From an uncultured Muribaculaceae bacterium (GTDB lineage: Bacteria; Bacteroidota; Bacteroidia; Bacteroidales; Muribaculaceae), in NCBI GenBank assembly GCA_910583795.1, contig CAJTZQ010000006.1:4011-68010 (forward strand): a stretch of DNA of 64,000 nt, written 5' to 3'. Positions 40,067 to 50,090 of the stretch are shown piece by piece. How positions within the stretch are numbered: position 1 is the stretch's first letter; every line of letters begins with the position of its first letter. The position numbers and the translations under genes were made by a program. The notes below the pieces were generated by a model that was not told where the DNA came from, searched no databases, and worked only from the letters and a program-made list of their open reading frames with translations.

Positions 40067-41160
40067 TGAGCTGGCTATGTAAACAATGCGAAACTGTAAA
40101 CACCGATGACGTACTGGAATGCGAAGTTTGTGATGCAGTCTCACCATATATAAGTCGATTTGACTATGACGAAATCGATCCTGAAGTACCTACTACCATC
40201 AGGTGGAAGGCAGAAGCATGTGACTGTGTCATGCTATTGTATAGAGGACATATCACTGATGTTACTCATTTGTCTGCTGCAAGAATACTTGCAAAAAGAG
40301 ACACTGAGGTTACATTCATCTTAAAAAATGAAGTTACCGAACGTGAGTTTACTTACGATGTAAGAGAACATAAACCGCCTATTACCCGGATTCGATTTCT
40401 ACAAAAATCAGACATAGATTTTGTAAAGGAACTCTGTTCTGATGAAGAATTCAACAAGTATTTGACCTTAGGTAAATATGGTGAAAATATTGATTCATTC
40501 TTTGATACAATTCTTGTTTTATTTGACAAAGGCATGTCCTTTCCATATGTGATAGAAACCATGGATTCGATGTCTTTAGGTCTGATAACATGCCAAATTG
40601 AACAAGAAGATGGGGAAATAACCGGAAATATCACGTATTCAATTCTGCCGGAATATCGAAATTTTGGTCTTGCAACCGAAGCATTGATGAATTTACGGAA
40701 CGAGACAAAGAATGCTGGAGTTGAAGTTCTTAATTTGATAATCAATACTTCAAACATGGCTTCACGAAGGGTTGCTGAAAAATGTGGATTTTTGTGTAAG
40801 GATCCACGGTTACAACTTGCAGACGAATCCGGGAAGACAATGATGCTTACATGGAAATACATATTCTCCGAGCATATTAGCAAGCGGGAAATAATGGTAA
40901 AGAAAGGACTTGAAGCATTAAAAAAAGAGGAGTGTGAAAAAGCAATTCGTCTTTATGAAAATGCCTTGAAATTTAAATGTCCAAGAAGATGTCCTTATAA
41001 TGATGGCGTCATCTATGCTTACATTGCAGATGCATATTCATACAATAGGAAATACGGTAAAGCTTGTGAAGCATATAAGAAAGCGAAATCATTAGGTAAT
41101 GATAATCCTGAAATTGATAAAGAAATAAAGTGGTTAGAATCTAACATGTATTCATTATAA
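40066..41160 (+). CDS. Zinc finger (RanBP2-like) + GNAT acetyltransferase + TPR fusion protein
   Basis: W.CKQC..N......CEVC; PEYRNFGLATEAL..NMASRRVAEKCGF; C-terminal TPR-like helices. Confidence 0.82.
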   Translation: MSWLCKQCETVNTDDVLECEVCDAVSPYISRFDYDEIDPEVPTTIRWKAEACDCVMLLYRGHITDVTHLSAARILAKRDTEVTFILKNEVTEREFTYDVREHKPPITRIRFLQKSDIDFVKELCSDEEFNKYLTLGKYGENIDSFFDTILVLFDKGMSFPYVIETMDSMSLGLITCQIEQEDGEITGNITYSILPEYRNFGLATEALMNLRNETKNAGVEVLNLIINTSNMASRRVAEKCGFLCKDPRLQLADESGKTMMLTWKYIFSEHISKREIMVKKGLEALKKEECEKAIRLYENALKFKCPRRCPYNDGVIYAYIADAYSYNRKYGKACEAYKKAKSLGNDNPEIDKEIKWLESNMYSL

Positions 41161-41174
41161 TTAATAATATATAT

Positions 41175-43424
41175 ATGGCTAAAGCAATCGGAATAGATTT
41201 AGGTACGACCAATTCGGTTGTTGCATTTAAAGACACTAGTGTTAGAACCATCACAACTGGTCCTGACAACGCAGAACTCTGCCGTTCTTGTGTAGCTATT
41301 GACAGGAGGTCAGGAGAGTTTATAGTAGGAAATTCGCCTTATAACTCATGGAAGAAATATGCTCCTAACATTGTTGTTTCCGTAAAGAGGCTTATGGGTG
41401 CAAGTATTTCTGATGAACAAGTTAAAAACATGAAATCTCAGAAAAATCTTTATCCTTATGGCATCGATAAGTTGGCAGGTGGTACTGACGAATCAGTAGC
41501 CGTTATTCTTAATGGGAAACAATACACACCTGAACAAATTAGTGCACAGATTTTACGACAGTTAAAAGAAGATGCTTCTGTCAAACTGGGAGAAATAACA
41601 CATGCAGTAATTACAGTCCCGGCATATTTCAATGAAAAGCAGAAGACCGCAACCAGAAAAGCTGCAGAATTAGCGGGCTTGAAGGTTCAACGCCTTCTCG
41701 CAGAACCTACAGCAGCTGCGATATCTTATGGTGTAGATAAAATGGATAAAGACGAAGAAAAAGTTTTTCTCGTCTATGACTTCGGTGGAGGCACATTCGA
41801 CTTATCCATCCTGGTCGCAGCAGGTGGAAACTTTATTGAATCTGGAAGTGGAGGAGACAGATGGCTTGGTGGTGATGATATTGACAAAGCTCTTATGAAT
41901 TTTGTCTTTGAACAAACCAACAAAGAAAATGATGTAAATGTACAAAAACTGATATCTGCTTTGGATGAAAGAAAGCTTTTATCTTTTCAAGGTGAATTAA
42001 AGAAACAAATCGAAGTTGCTAAAAAGCAATTGAGCAATTCAAAGGCTGCGAGCATTGAGATTTTTGGTGAATTAGAGGTTGAGAACGGAGACATGATTGA
42101 TATCGATGTTAGCATCACTCGTGAAGAATTTGAGAATCTGATTCGTCCTTTAATTCAAAGAACAATTGATCTTGTTGATGAACTGTTAGATAAAACTGGC
42201 TATCCTATTGAAACTATTGACAACATACTTCTCGTAGGTGGGTCTTCATGTATTCCCCTTGTAAAGAAGATGCTCGCGGCAAAATACGGCGAGGAAAAAA
42301 TATTGTCTTCTGAAAAGCCTATGTTGGCAATTGCAGAAGGTGCTGCAATTCTTGCACATGCATTGAGTGATGAATTTGAATGTCCTTCATGTGGTGAAAT
42401 GGTTTCAAAAGACAGTGTAACATGTCCTCATTGTGGTTCAAAATTTGATGGCGTGCCCAGAGAAAGAGAGGAAATTGTCCTTCCATCTGCCAAACACAAT
42501 TACTACATCAAGTTGGAATCTGGCAATCAGAAGATTATTAATGCTACTGAACCTTTACCAATTAATATTAATAAGAAATTCAGAACGACCGTCGATAATC
42601 AAAAAATTGTAGAGTTAGTAATTTTGTCAGATGCTGAAGATGGAGCTTTTGAAAAGATTGCTTCCGGTTTCTTCACAATCTCTGATAACCTTCCCGTTGA
42701 TAGCAATCTTACGTTTACTTTCACTCTTTCAGAAAGCGAAGAATTGTCTGCTAAAGTAAAAATTGATCATACAGGTAAAACTACTAATATCGTATTAGGT
42801 AGAGGCAATAAAGATTCAAAATGTCTTGGTACTATATCTGACTCCATACATGGTATATTGAGTGATTCTTCTATCAGTGACAACAAGAAAACTGAATACA
42901 TGTCTAAAGTTCAAGAAAGCATTGATATTATTTCTAAGAATAATTACAATGAAGATGCATCAGAGTGGCAAGATATTGAAAACAAAATAAATCTTGCACA
43001 AAACCAAGCTCGAGTACCTGATAGCGGTGACGATGGAAAGTCTGTATCACTTATCATTGCCAAGATTCTATTAGTAACATTTGAAAGATTCATATCGACA
43101 GAGGATGAGAATGAAATGAAGTCACTCATTGCTAAAGTTGAGTCTTCTGATAATCCAATGGAAAGGGTTGTATCATTGACGAAACTTGAAAACTTAACAG
43201 GAAGGTATAGCTTGTTTACAACAATATTCATGTTCAAGTTGATATCAATGAATGATTCTACAAGTCCAACTCTCGCAGCTCGTGCAGATATAGCATATAA
43301 TGATATGATGAATGCTCTAAATCGACATGACATTGATACAGTTAGAGATCTTATATCAAGTAATTCTGCAATTCTTAATACCATGGGTAAAGGTATTGAC
43401 ATTAAGACAGCAATTAAAGGATAA
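41175..43424 (+). CDS. Specialised Hsp70/DnaK-family protein with inserted zinc ribbon
   Basis: GIDLGTTNS, VITVPAYF, EPTAAA, YDFGGGTFDLS, LLVGGSS; CPSC-x10-CPHC after the NBD; divergent C-terminus. Confidence 0.92.
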   Translation: MAKAIGIDLGTTNSVVAFKDTSVRTITTGPDNAELCRSCVAIDRRSGEFIVGNSPYNSWKKYAPNIVVSVKRLMGASISDEQVKNMKSQKNLYPYGIDKLAGGTDESVAVILNGKQYTPEQISAQILRQLKEDASVKLGEITHAVITVPAYFNEKQKTATRKAAELAGLKVQRLLAEPTAAAISYGVDKMDKDEEKVFLVYDFGGGTFDLSILVAAGGNFIESGSGGDRWLGGDDIDKALMNFVFEQTNKENDVNVQKLISALDERKLLSFQGELKKQIEVAKKQLSNSKAASIEIFGELEVENGDMIDIDVSITREEFENLIRPLIQRTIDLVDELLDKTGYPIETIDNILLVGGSSCIPLVKKMLAAKYGEEKILSSEKPMLAIAEGAAILAHALSDEFECPSCGEMVSKDSVTCPHCGSKFDGVPREREEIVLPSAKHNYYIKLESGNQKIINATEPLPININKKFRTTVDNQKIVELVILSDAEDGAFEKIASGFFTISDNLPVDSNLTFTFTLSESEELSAKVKIDHTGKTTNIVLGRGNKDSKCLGTISDSIHGILSDSSISDNKKTEYMSKVQESIDIISKNNYNEDASEWQDIENKINLAQNQARVPDSGDDGKSVSLIIAKILLVTFERFISTEDENEMKSLIAKVESSDNPMERVVSLTKLENLTGRYSLFTTIFMFKLISMNDSTSPTLAARADIAYNDMMNALNRHDIDTVRDLISSNSAILNTMGKGIDIKTAIKG

Positions 43425-43426
43425 TT

Positions 43427-43939
43427 ATGAGTGATTCAATTGCATGTCCCGTTTGTGGGAAAGTGGGTATTCCTGACTACCATAAGGATGTAGTTGTTTG
43501 TCCTTGTTGTGGTACAGATTTGTCAATCTACAAAATTTTGGTTGACTCTCAAAGTGACCACACCACAAAAGAGACAATAGATAAAAAATGGAAAATAGCT
43601 ACAGCAGCTTCGGCTGCTATAGCTATTCTGACATTGGTGTTTGTTTGCTTTCCCCAAAAACGGGAGGAGGTAGTTGAAGATACGGAACTTATAAATAAGG
43701 TCGAGATCTTGAAAGATTCAATTAGTAGCTTGACAGCCCAATTAAAATTGGCTAATCAAGAGATTACAAATCTTAGTGACCAACAAGCAAATCATTCTGA
43801 TAAAATCTATATTGTACAGAAAGGCGACTCTCCATGTAGGATTAGTAGTAAGTTATATGGAAACGAAAGTCATCAAAAGGAAATCGAAGCGGTTATTACC
43901 AAACCTCTTCAACCAGGTGATACCTTGTATCTTAAATAG
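43427..43939 (+). CDS. Zinc ribbon + TM + coiled coil + LysM-like protein
   Basis: CPVC..CPCC, hydrophobic helix, YIVQKGDS...IS.KLYG..LQPGDTLYL. Confidence 0.8.
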   Translation: MSDSIACPVCGKVGIPDYHKDVVVCPCCGTDLSIYKILVDSQSDHTTKETIDKKWKIATAASAAIAILTLVFVCFPQKREEVVEDTELINKVEILKDSISSLTAQLKLANQEITNLSDQQANHSDKIYIVQKGDSPCRISSKLYGNESHQKEIEAVITKPLQPGDTLYLK

Positions 43940-43941
43940 TT

Positions 43942-44760
43942 ATGATTGGTGCAATAATAGGCGATATCATAGGAAGTGTGTATGAACATGATAATATTAA
44001 GACAAAGGATTTTCCTTTGTTTTCCAATAAATGTACATTTACTGATGATACTGTTCTGTCTGTTGCAACAGCAAAATGGCTATTGGAAGGAAACGAATGT
44101 TATCGTCATTACTATGAATTGACAAGTAGATATTCCACCGCAGGCTATGGTACAGGGTTTATTAAATGGTATTTTCAAGTAAAGTATCATAAAAATCCAA
44201 AACCATATAATTCATGTGGTAATGGTTCCGCAATGCGAGTTGGTCCTGTAGGTTGGGCTTTTGACATAGAACCGGAACTTCTTGCTGCAGCAAAGATTTC
44301 CGCAGAATGCACACATAACCATCCAGAAGGTATCAGGGGTGCTCAAGCAATCGCTTTCTGTATCTTCATGGCACGCCATGGTTTTAATGTTGCAGAAATT
44401 AAACAGGCGATAGAAGAACGTTTTGGTTATAACTTGTCAACGTCCATTGATGAACTGCGTCTTCGTTATTCATGGCACGGCATGGATGGATTGGGTAATG
44501 GAGGTATTTGTCAGGATAGCGTTCCGCAAGCGATAATTTGCGCATTGCAAGCTTTTGATTTTGAGGATGCCATTCGCAATGCAATTAGTATTGGTGGTGA
44601 TTCTGACACAATTGGCTGTATGACAGGAAGTATCGCTGAAGCTTTATATGGTATTCCCAAAAGTATAGCAGAGAAGGCATCACTCTATTTACCAGATGAT
44701 CTCTCTCTAACAATTACTGATTTTGAAAAAAAGTTTGGTACGTTCATCATTAATAATTAG
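43942..44760 (+). CDS. ADP-ribosylglycohydrolase (ARH/DraG family)
   Basis: GAIIGDIIGS, FTDDT, GNGSAMRV, THNHPEG, GGDSDT. Confidence 0.93.
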   Translation: MIGAIIGDIIGSVYEHDNIKTKDFPLFSNKCTFTDDTVLSVATAKWLLEGNECYRHYYELTSRYSTAGYGTGFIKWYFQVKYHKNPKPYNSCGNGSAMRVGPVGWAFDIEPELLAAAKISAECTHNHPEGIRGAQAIAFCIFMARHGFNVAEIKQAIEERFGYNLSTSIDELRLRYSWHGMDGLGNGGICQDSVPQAIICALQAFDFEDAIRNAISIGGDSDTIGCMTGSIAEALYGIPKSIAEKASLYLPDDLSLTITDFEKKFGTFIINN

Positions 44761-44770
44761 AATAAAAAAT

Positions 44771-47700
44771 ATGGGACTAATTTCCTGGGTTAAAGATACA
44801 TATTATAATCATAAACTTGATAATGCGGATTCTGCATATCTGTCAAAAGACATTGCGAAAGCAGAACGCATATATCAAGAAATACTTGGTAAACAGCCGA
44901 AAGCTTCCGAGCACTTGGCAAAAATGTATTATGAAGTTGGGAAGTCACGTAATGATGAGTTGGTATATCTTGCTAAGTTGAAGTCTCTACTTTCTAATAC
45001 TACTTTAGGAAAAGATAAAGTATCTTTTTATCATAATCAGTTAGTATTAATTATAGATAAAGTTGCAGAAAAACTTTTTAAAAACCGTGATTATAACAAA
45101 GCTTACAAATATCTGAAAGCAATTGATCTTGACAAAAGAGGTGATTCCAATTTTGCTAAGAAAAGCCGTTTATATGCTTTGTATGTAAATCTTAATACAA
45201 TTGAATTTGAGTCTCCATATACCCCAGCCCTTAGCTTAATCAATGCATATTGCAAGAATGAGGTTGAAATAGACATCGAAGATGCAATAATTGGCACAGT
45301 TAAAAGATTACATGAGTCAAATAAGCTTGACAGAGCATATTGTACGTCAAACTGTCTGGCTAAAAAAGGTAACCTTAAAGCTATTAAAGAGTGTATTGCT
45401 GTCGCATACGATATTTATAATAAAGGGAATAAGTCTGACAAGAATGTCATAGATGAAGATATATTGCTTGACTACATACATCAAAATAGTCAAGCAAATC
45501 TACTTGTAGGATTAGAGCAATTTGCCAGATTCTCTTACAAGTATCGAAATAAATATATTTCTGAAGGCATTTCTGCAATTTCCTCTGAGTCGGATTCAAA
45601 GAAAGCGTTAGCAATATTTAAGACTGTTTGGGAAATAGCCCCAGACGTTAGTCTGATTAAAACTTTTGCAAAATCCTCATCTTCTATTTCAACATTAGTA
45701 TATGAATATTTTGAAGGAAACATTTCAAGTTTAACTTCTGATATCAAATATCAGATAACCCTGTTCAAAGAGCTAAGTCTATTTGAGGATAAGGACTATA
45801 TCTTAACTGTACTTGAACAGTTTAAGAAAAAGGGGCTTGATAACAAGGAACTTTATATTTCCAAGGCAAAATCAATTTATGAAACATCGAATGAAAATTC
45901 TCGTATAGCTTTAGTAAATAGATTACTGAATATTTATAATGATGAATCCTGGGGTATAAGTGAAAAACTGGCGATTGGAGAAAGAGCTCAGGCAGAACAG
46001 AATTACAAACTATCGATGCAACTGTATAGCGAGTTAATCGGTCTTCATGCAAAAGCACAGCCAAGACTTGCTCAATTATACTATGAGCTAAGCTTGAAGG
46101 AATCTGATTTTCATCAAAGAAGGGCATTGATAAAGGAAGCATACTATTTTAAGAAATCACATGATCCTCTATTTGATTTAATGGAGTATGACAAGTTGAT
46201 TCCGAACTTGTCAACATCCGCCCTTGCTCTCATTAAAGAGTGCTTCGAAAATAATATTCCGGACGAAGCATACGTCACAACAAACATATTCAAGCCATTT
46301 ATTTCTGATTGTTTTGATAGCTATGTCAAAGAACTGAAATCTTATCATGATGTCGACTATATTCTTTCAAAGTTAGAGGCTTTAAATAATGAAGGTTATG
46401 ACGTAGAATCAGATTATAAAGAAATTGTCATTAAGATTGTTACCTCTTCTGATTTTGAAGGAAAATATAAATTTGAGGTTTTATCAAGATCAATCAATCT
46501 ATACAAAGATGATAATCTTTCAGAGAGATTTATTTTGATAGCCATTGATATTATTAGAAATGAGACTGATGTAGAACGTGCCGTTTCTGTATTTGCTAAA
46601 ACTTGGAGGCAGCTGGCAGATACAAAACTTTTTGATGCATTTGTAAACCAGGAATACAAATACCATACGTTCATTGTCGACTTTCTAATAGATAAGTCAT
46701 CCATATCGCATTGGGATAAATCGTTGGTATCAAGTTTTTGCGATCATATTTTTGCTATTGATGATTATAAGTACTCATTGTCCGTTTTTGATCATATTGC
46801 TACAAAAGGCATTGATATTAAGCGTTCTTATGTTGCATGTGTTTTGAAAGCCTTACCCTCATTAAACACTGACGACAGATTATCATTCTTGAATGAATCA
46901 TTGGCTAAATATCCAGATGAATTACTTGTTAATGAAAAATTGAATTTGTGTGACAGCTTTGTTGATAAAGGTAAAAACGAAGTCGCAAAAAAGATTCTTA
47001 ATGAGTTAGTTGGCTTATCCAATTTAGCAGAGCCAAAGCTTGCAATGCTTTATTATACTGAAAGCAAGAAAGCAAAGACTCTTGCCGGTAAGCAAGAATT
47101 GGTAAAAAAAGGACTATCATTTCATATTTCACATTCTCCAATTTTTGCCACAGAAGAATATAAGCCCGTTTTCAAGAAACTTCTTTCTGCTTTTATCTCT
47201 GTCATAAATAAGTATTTTACAAACAAAGAATATCATGAAGCATATAATCTATGTGAAGAACTAAAACTATATAGTGACAAATGGTATAGCCACTATATAA
47301 CACTCAGAACTGAAGCCCTTTCTTCATTTGATGACATAGATGGCAAAATAGAGCATATATGTGAAACTTTTAGAATCTTAGACAAAAATGGCTATATTGT
47401 AAAAGAATCAACATTGAATGAAATAAATTCTTTGTGGGATATTCTTCATGGATTAGAAATCAGATTGGCTAAAAGCAAATCTTATAAAGATTGTGTGCAA
47501 CAGCTCAAAGATTTTTCCAAATATGTTGCCAATCAATGCCATGAAAATAAATCAAATACATTACAAAATGACATAACCAACGAGCTGATTAGCATTCATA
47601 AGAACCATGGTTACAAGTGCGAACAAGATGGCTTGTATTCTGATGCGATTTCTACATATGTGGTTCTATCTTCCATAGCAAACACCAGGACAAAGATTTG

Positions 47701-49813
47701 GTGTAAGATTCGTTGTGCTCTTTGTAATATTAAGGAAGGGAAACATATTGAAGAAAAAGAGGTTAAACAAATTTTAGCTTATGTGGGATTTTCAAAAGAG
47801 AAAAAGGATTTAGCATATCGCTATTCATTGTATATTATCTCAAATAAAGGTGCTAAAGAATCTTTATCATTTATAAATGAATACCTTCCTGAAGAAAGTG
47901 ATTTGATAGAATTGTGTAATAACGAATATATCAAAGAGGCTGAAACATTATTAGTAAAATTTAATCAGATTCTAGATCGGCTTAAGAATGGAATGTCCAC
48001 TTTATCAGAAGCTGAAAAACTACTTGGAAGTCTCGAAGAATACGATAATAAACTTTCTCCTCATTTAAGAGGTGTACATTCTAAGATCGCCGGTTTACGC
48101 CCAGCAATCCAGTCTTACATATTATCAAGATGCTTTGAAGAAGGCAATTTTAATAAAGCCTTGAAATACCTAAAAGATTCTGGGAAAAACTGGTATGAAG
48201 ACGATGTATATTTCCATAATGTTGCAATTGCATGTCTCGGAATTGCAGAGAATGGCAAGCTCAATAGATTGAATTACAAAGCCATTATCTCATGCTGGTT
48301 GACTGCTGTGTATCGTGATCAATTATTCGTAAAATCATTAGATTATACAAGCTGGGACGATCCATACACCTTTACATTAGCCAATTCATTAGGCGGCACC
48401 AAATTTAAGTCTTATGATTCTTTACCTGACAATGTAGGTTATAGTGCCCCTATTGAGGGTTCTATAATATCCATTTCAGAAGTGCAACAAACTCTTCTCA
48501 ATCGATTTGAGATTGCGTTAGATGACAAAGATCCCATTTTTAGAGATTTCTTTGAAGAGCAGAAAAATGCCATGGATTCCCTTGTAAAGTTAAATATGGA
48601 TAATCCATGTATTATTGCAGCACCTTATATGGCTAATGCCACAAAAAAATGTCTGGATGAAATCAAAGAGACTTTAGATTATGAGTATGATAATTATGGT
48701 GGCGAGAATGTCTTAAAAGTCGGCATCCAGTACAACATAAACTCAGGTGTATATTCGGATTACAAAAATGCTTCAACCAACGCTAAAAACTGCGTTTCTG
48801 CTGCAAAATCTATGTCAGTTACGCAAGTTAGAAGTGCATTTGTTGGTTCTACCATTGATTCCATACAAAGATTCTCAGATTTATATGAGTCTTTTATAAC
48901 TGAGATTCAAAATGTTTTATCTCAAGTTACAAAGTCTGGCACGTCTTACAGAACATTGTTAAGTGTATTTTCAATAATATGTCATGCTCTAAATAACAAC
49001 ACATTGGCATATATTTTCGGGAATTACATAAACCAAAGTGTTGTAGGGAAGTTAAATGATAAAAGTCTGGATTTAGCAACAGGGTTAAAAGATCTTGTGT
49101 CCGCATATAAGGCGGCAAAATCATGTTCAATATTAAAGAACAATATCGGTAATGTTTTGGAAGCATTAGTTGGTAAATATATTACAGAAGCAAACTCAAG
49201 TGATTTGGTAACCATAAAGTCTGTTTTATCATCAACCGATTCAGAATTTGAAGGAAATGTTGCAAACACTTTGTCTGAACAAATAGTTTTGTTTGCAATT
49301 GCGACCGGTCATGCCGATGTAATTGATTCTTTAGCTTCCATTCCAGCAGAGACTATTGTGCTACGTAATAAATTAGCGAACTTAAAGTACAAAGCAAAAG
49401 AAATATCACTAAATTTCGAACTTAGCCAAATTGTAGAAAAGGTTAGTGACAAATCAATGGCATACTCAACTGCTTTACAGAAAGTATATTCTTTATACAA
49501 GGATAACAAAGATAATTCCCGTATATGTGACAACCTTTGTACCTTGATAGGAATATGTATTAGAGAGTACGTAATACCAGATAAGTATGGTAAATCAACC
49601 GTCATGTCCATATTTAATGAGTTAAAATACAATAAGAGTACTACCTACCGTGTTAGTGCCCAGGCTCTCAAGAATGAAAGGAAGGAAATTCTTAACTCCC
49701 TACCATTTGAGTTAAAAAACCTTTTGACAGGAGGACCAGCATACGGTTCAGAACTTAGTGCAGAAGGTATAAAACTTAAAAATGCGTTACAATTATATAT
49801 TGATTTAGCTTAA
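44771..49813 (+). CDS. Giant alpha-helical/TPR-like protein (about 1680 aa)
   Basis: Long ORF from ATG at 44771; recurring G....A...LA..YY motif; no catalytic motif recognised. Confidence 0.8.
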   Translation: MGLISWVKDTYYNHKLDNADSAYLSKDIAKAERIYQEILGKQPKASEHLAKMYYEVGKSRNDELVYLAKLKSLLSNTTLGKDKVSFYHNQLVLIIDKVAEKLFKNRDYNKAYKYLKAIDLDKRGDSNFAKKSRLYALYVNLNTIEFESPYTPALSLINAYCKNEVEIDIEDAIIGTVKRLHESNKLDRAYCTSNCLAKKGNLKAIKECIAVAYDIYNKGNKSDKNVIDEDILLDYIHQNSQANLLVGLEQFARFSYKYRNKYISEGISAISSESDSKKALAIFKTVWEIAPDVSLIKTFAKSSSSISTLVYEYFEGNISSLTSDIKYQITLFKELSLFEDKDYILTVLEQFKKKGLDNKELYISKAKSIYETSNENSRIALVNRLLNIYNDESWGISEKLAIGERAQAEQNYKLSMQLYSELIGLHAKAQPRLAQLYYELSLKESDFHQRRALIKEAYYFKKSHDPLFDLMEYDKLIPNLSTSALALIKECFENNIPDEAYVTTNIFKPFISDCFDSYVKELKSYHDVDYILSKLEALNNEGYDVESDYKEIVIKIVTSSDFEGKYKFEVLSRSINLYKDDNLSERFILIAIDIIRNETDVERAVSVFAKTWRQLADTKLFDAFVNQEYKYHTFIVDFLIDKSSISHWDKSLVSSFCDHIFAIDDYKYSLSVFDHIATKGIDIKRSYVACVLKALPSLNTDDRLSFLNESLAKYPDELLVNEKLNLCDSFVDKGKNEVAKKILNELVGLSNLAEPKLAMLYYTESKKAKTLAGKQELVKKGLSFHISHSPIFATEEYKPVFKKLLSAFISVINKYFTNKEYHEAYNLCEELKLYSDKWYSHYITLRTEALSSFDDIDGKIEHICETFRILDKNGYIVKESTLNEINSLWDILHGLEIRLAKSKSYKDCVQQLKDFSKYVANQCHENKSNTLQNDITNELISIHKNHGYKCEQDGLYSDAISTYVVLSSIANTRTKIWCKIRCALCNIKEGKHIEEKEVKQILAYVGFSKEKKDLAYRYSLYIISNKGAKESLSFINEYLPEESDLIELCNNEYIKEAETLLVKFNQILDRLKNGMSTLSEAEKLLGSLEEYDNKLSPHLRGVHSKIAGLRPAIQSYILSRCFEEGNFNKALKYLKDSGKNWYEDDVYFHNVAIACLGIAENGKLNRLNYKAIISCWLTAVYRDQLFVKSLDYTSWDDPYTFTLANSLGGTKFKSYDSLPDNVGYSAPIEGSIISISEVQQTLLNRFEIALDDKDPIFRDFFEEQKNAMDSLVKLNMDNPCIIAAPYMANATKKCLDEIKETLDYEYDNYGGENVLKVGIQYNINSGVYSDYKNASTNAKNCVSAAKSMSVTQVRSAFVGSTIDSIQRFSDLYESFITEIQNVLSQVTKSGTSYRTLLSVFSIICHALNNNTLAYIFGNYINQSVVGKLNDKSLDLATGLKDLVSAYKAAKSCSILKNNIGNVLEALVGKYITEANSSDLVTIKSVLSSTDSEFEGNVANTLSEQIVLFAIATGHADVIDSLASIPAETIVLRNKLANLKYKAKEISLNFELSQIVEKVSDKSMAYSTALQKVYSLYKDNKDNSRICDNLCTLIGICIREYVIPDKYGKSTVMSIFNELKYNKSTTYRVSAQALKNERKEILNSLPFELKNLLTGGPAYGSELSAEGIKLKNALQLYIDLA

Positions 49814-49814
49814 T

Positions 49815-50087
49815 ATGAATAACCCTTATACAGTATTAGGCATTAGTCAAAATGCCACAAAAGTAGAGATCGTTAAAGCTCAGGTTAAGGCTTTGAGATT
49901 AAAAAAATATGATGCAAGAGAAATTGCATCTGCACAAAAAGAACTTCATAGTCCAGCTCGTCGGTTGGCAGTTGACTTTACTTATCCTATTATTGAAAAA
50001 ATTGATAATTATGGACCGATAACAACAACTACCAAGAGTAAAGATATTGATATAAATAAGTTAAACCCTGACAAATATAGCTCATAA
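49815..50087 (+). CDS. Small J-domain-like protein lacking the HPD motif
   Basis: NPYTVLGIS.NAT..EI.KA and L.SP.RR..D match J-domain ends; sits next to grpE-like gene. Confidence 0.7.
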   Translation: MNNPYTVLGISQNATKVEIVKAQVKALRLKKYDAREIASAQKELHSPARRLAVDFTYPIIEKIDNYGPITTTTKSKDIDINKLNPDKYSS

Positions 50088-50090
50088 TAT

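Noticed and set aside
41175..43424. Housekeeping dnaK
   Set aside because: Divergent substrate-binding region, zinc-ribbon insert and AT-rich accessory context; no gene symbol assigned
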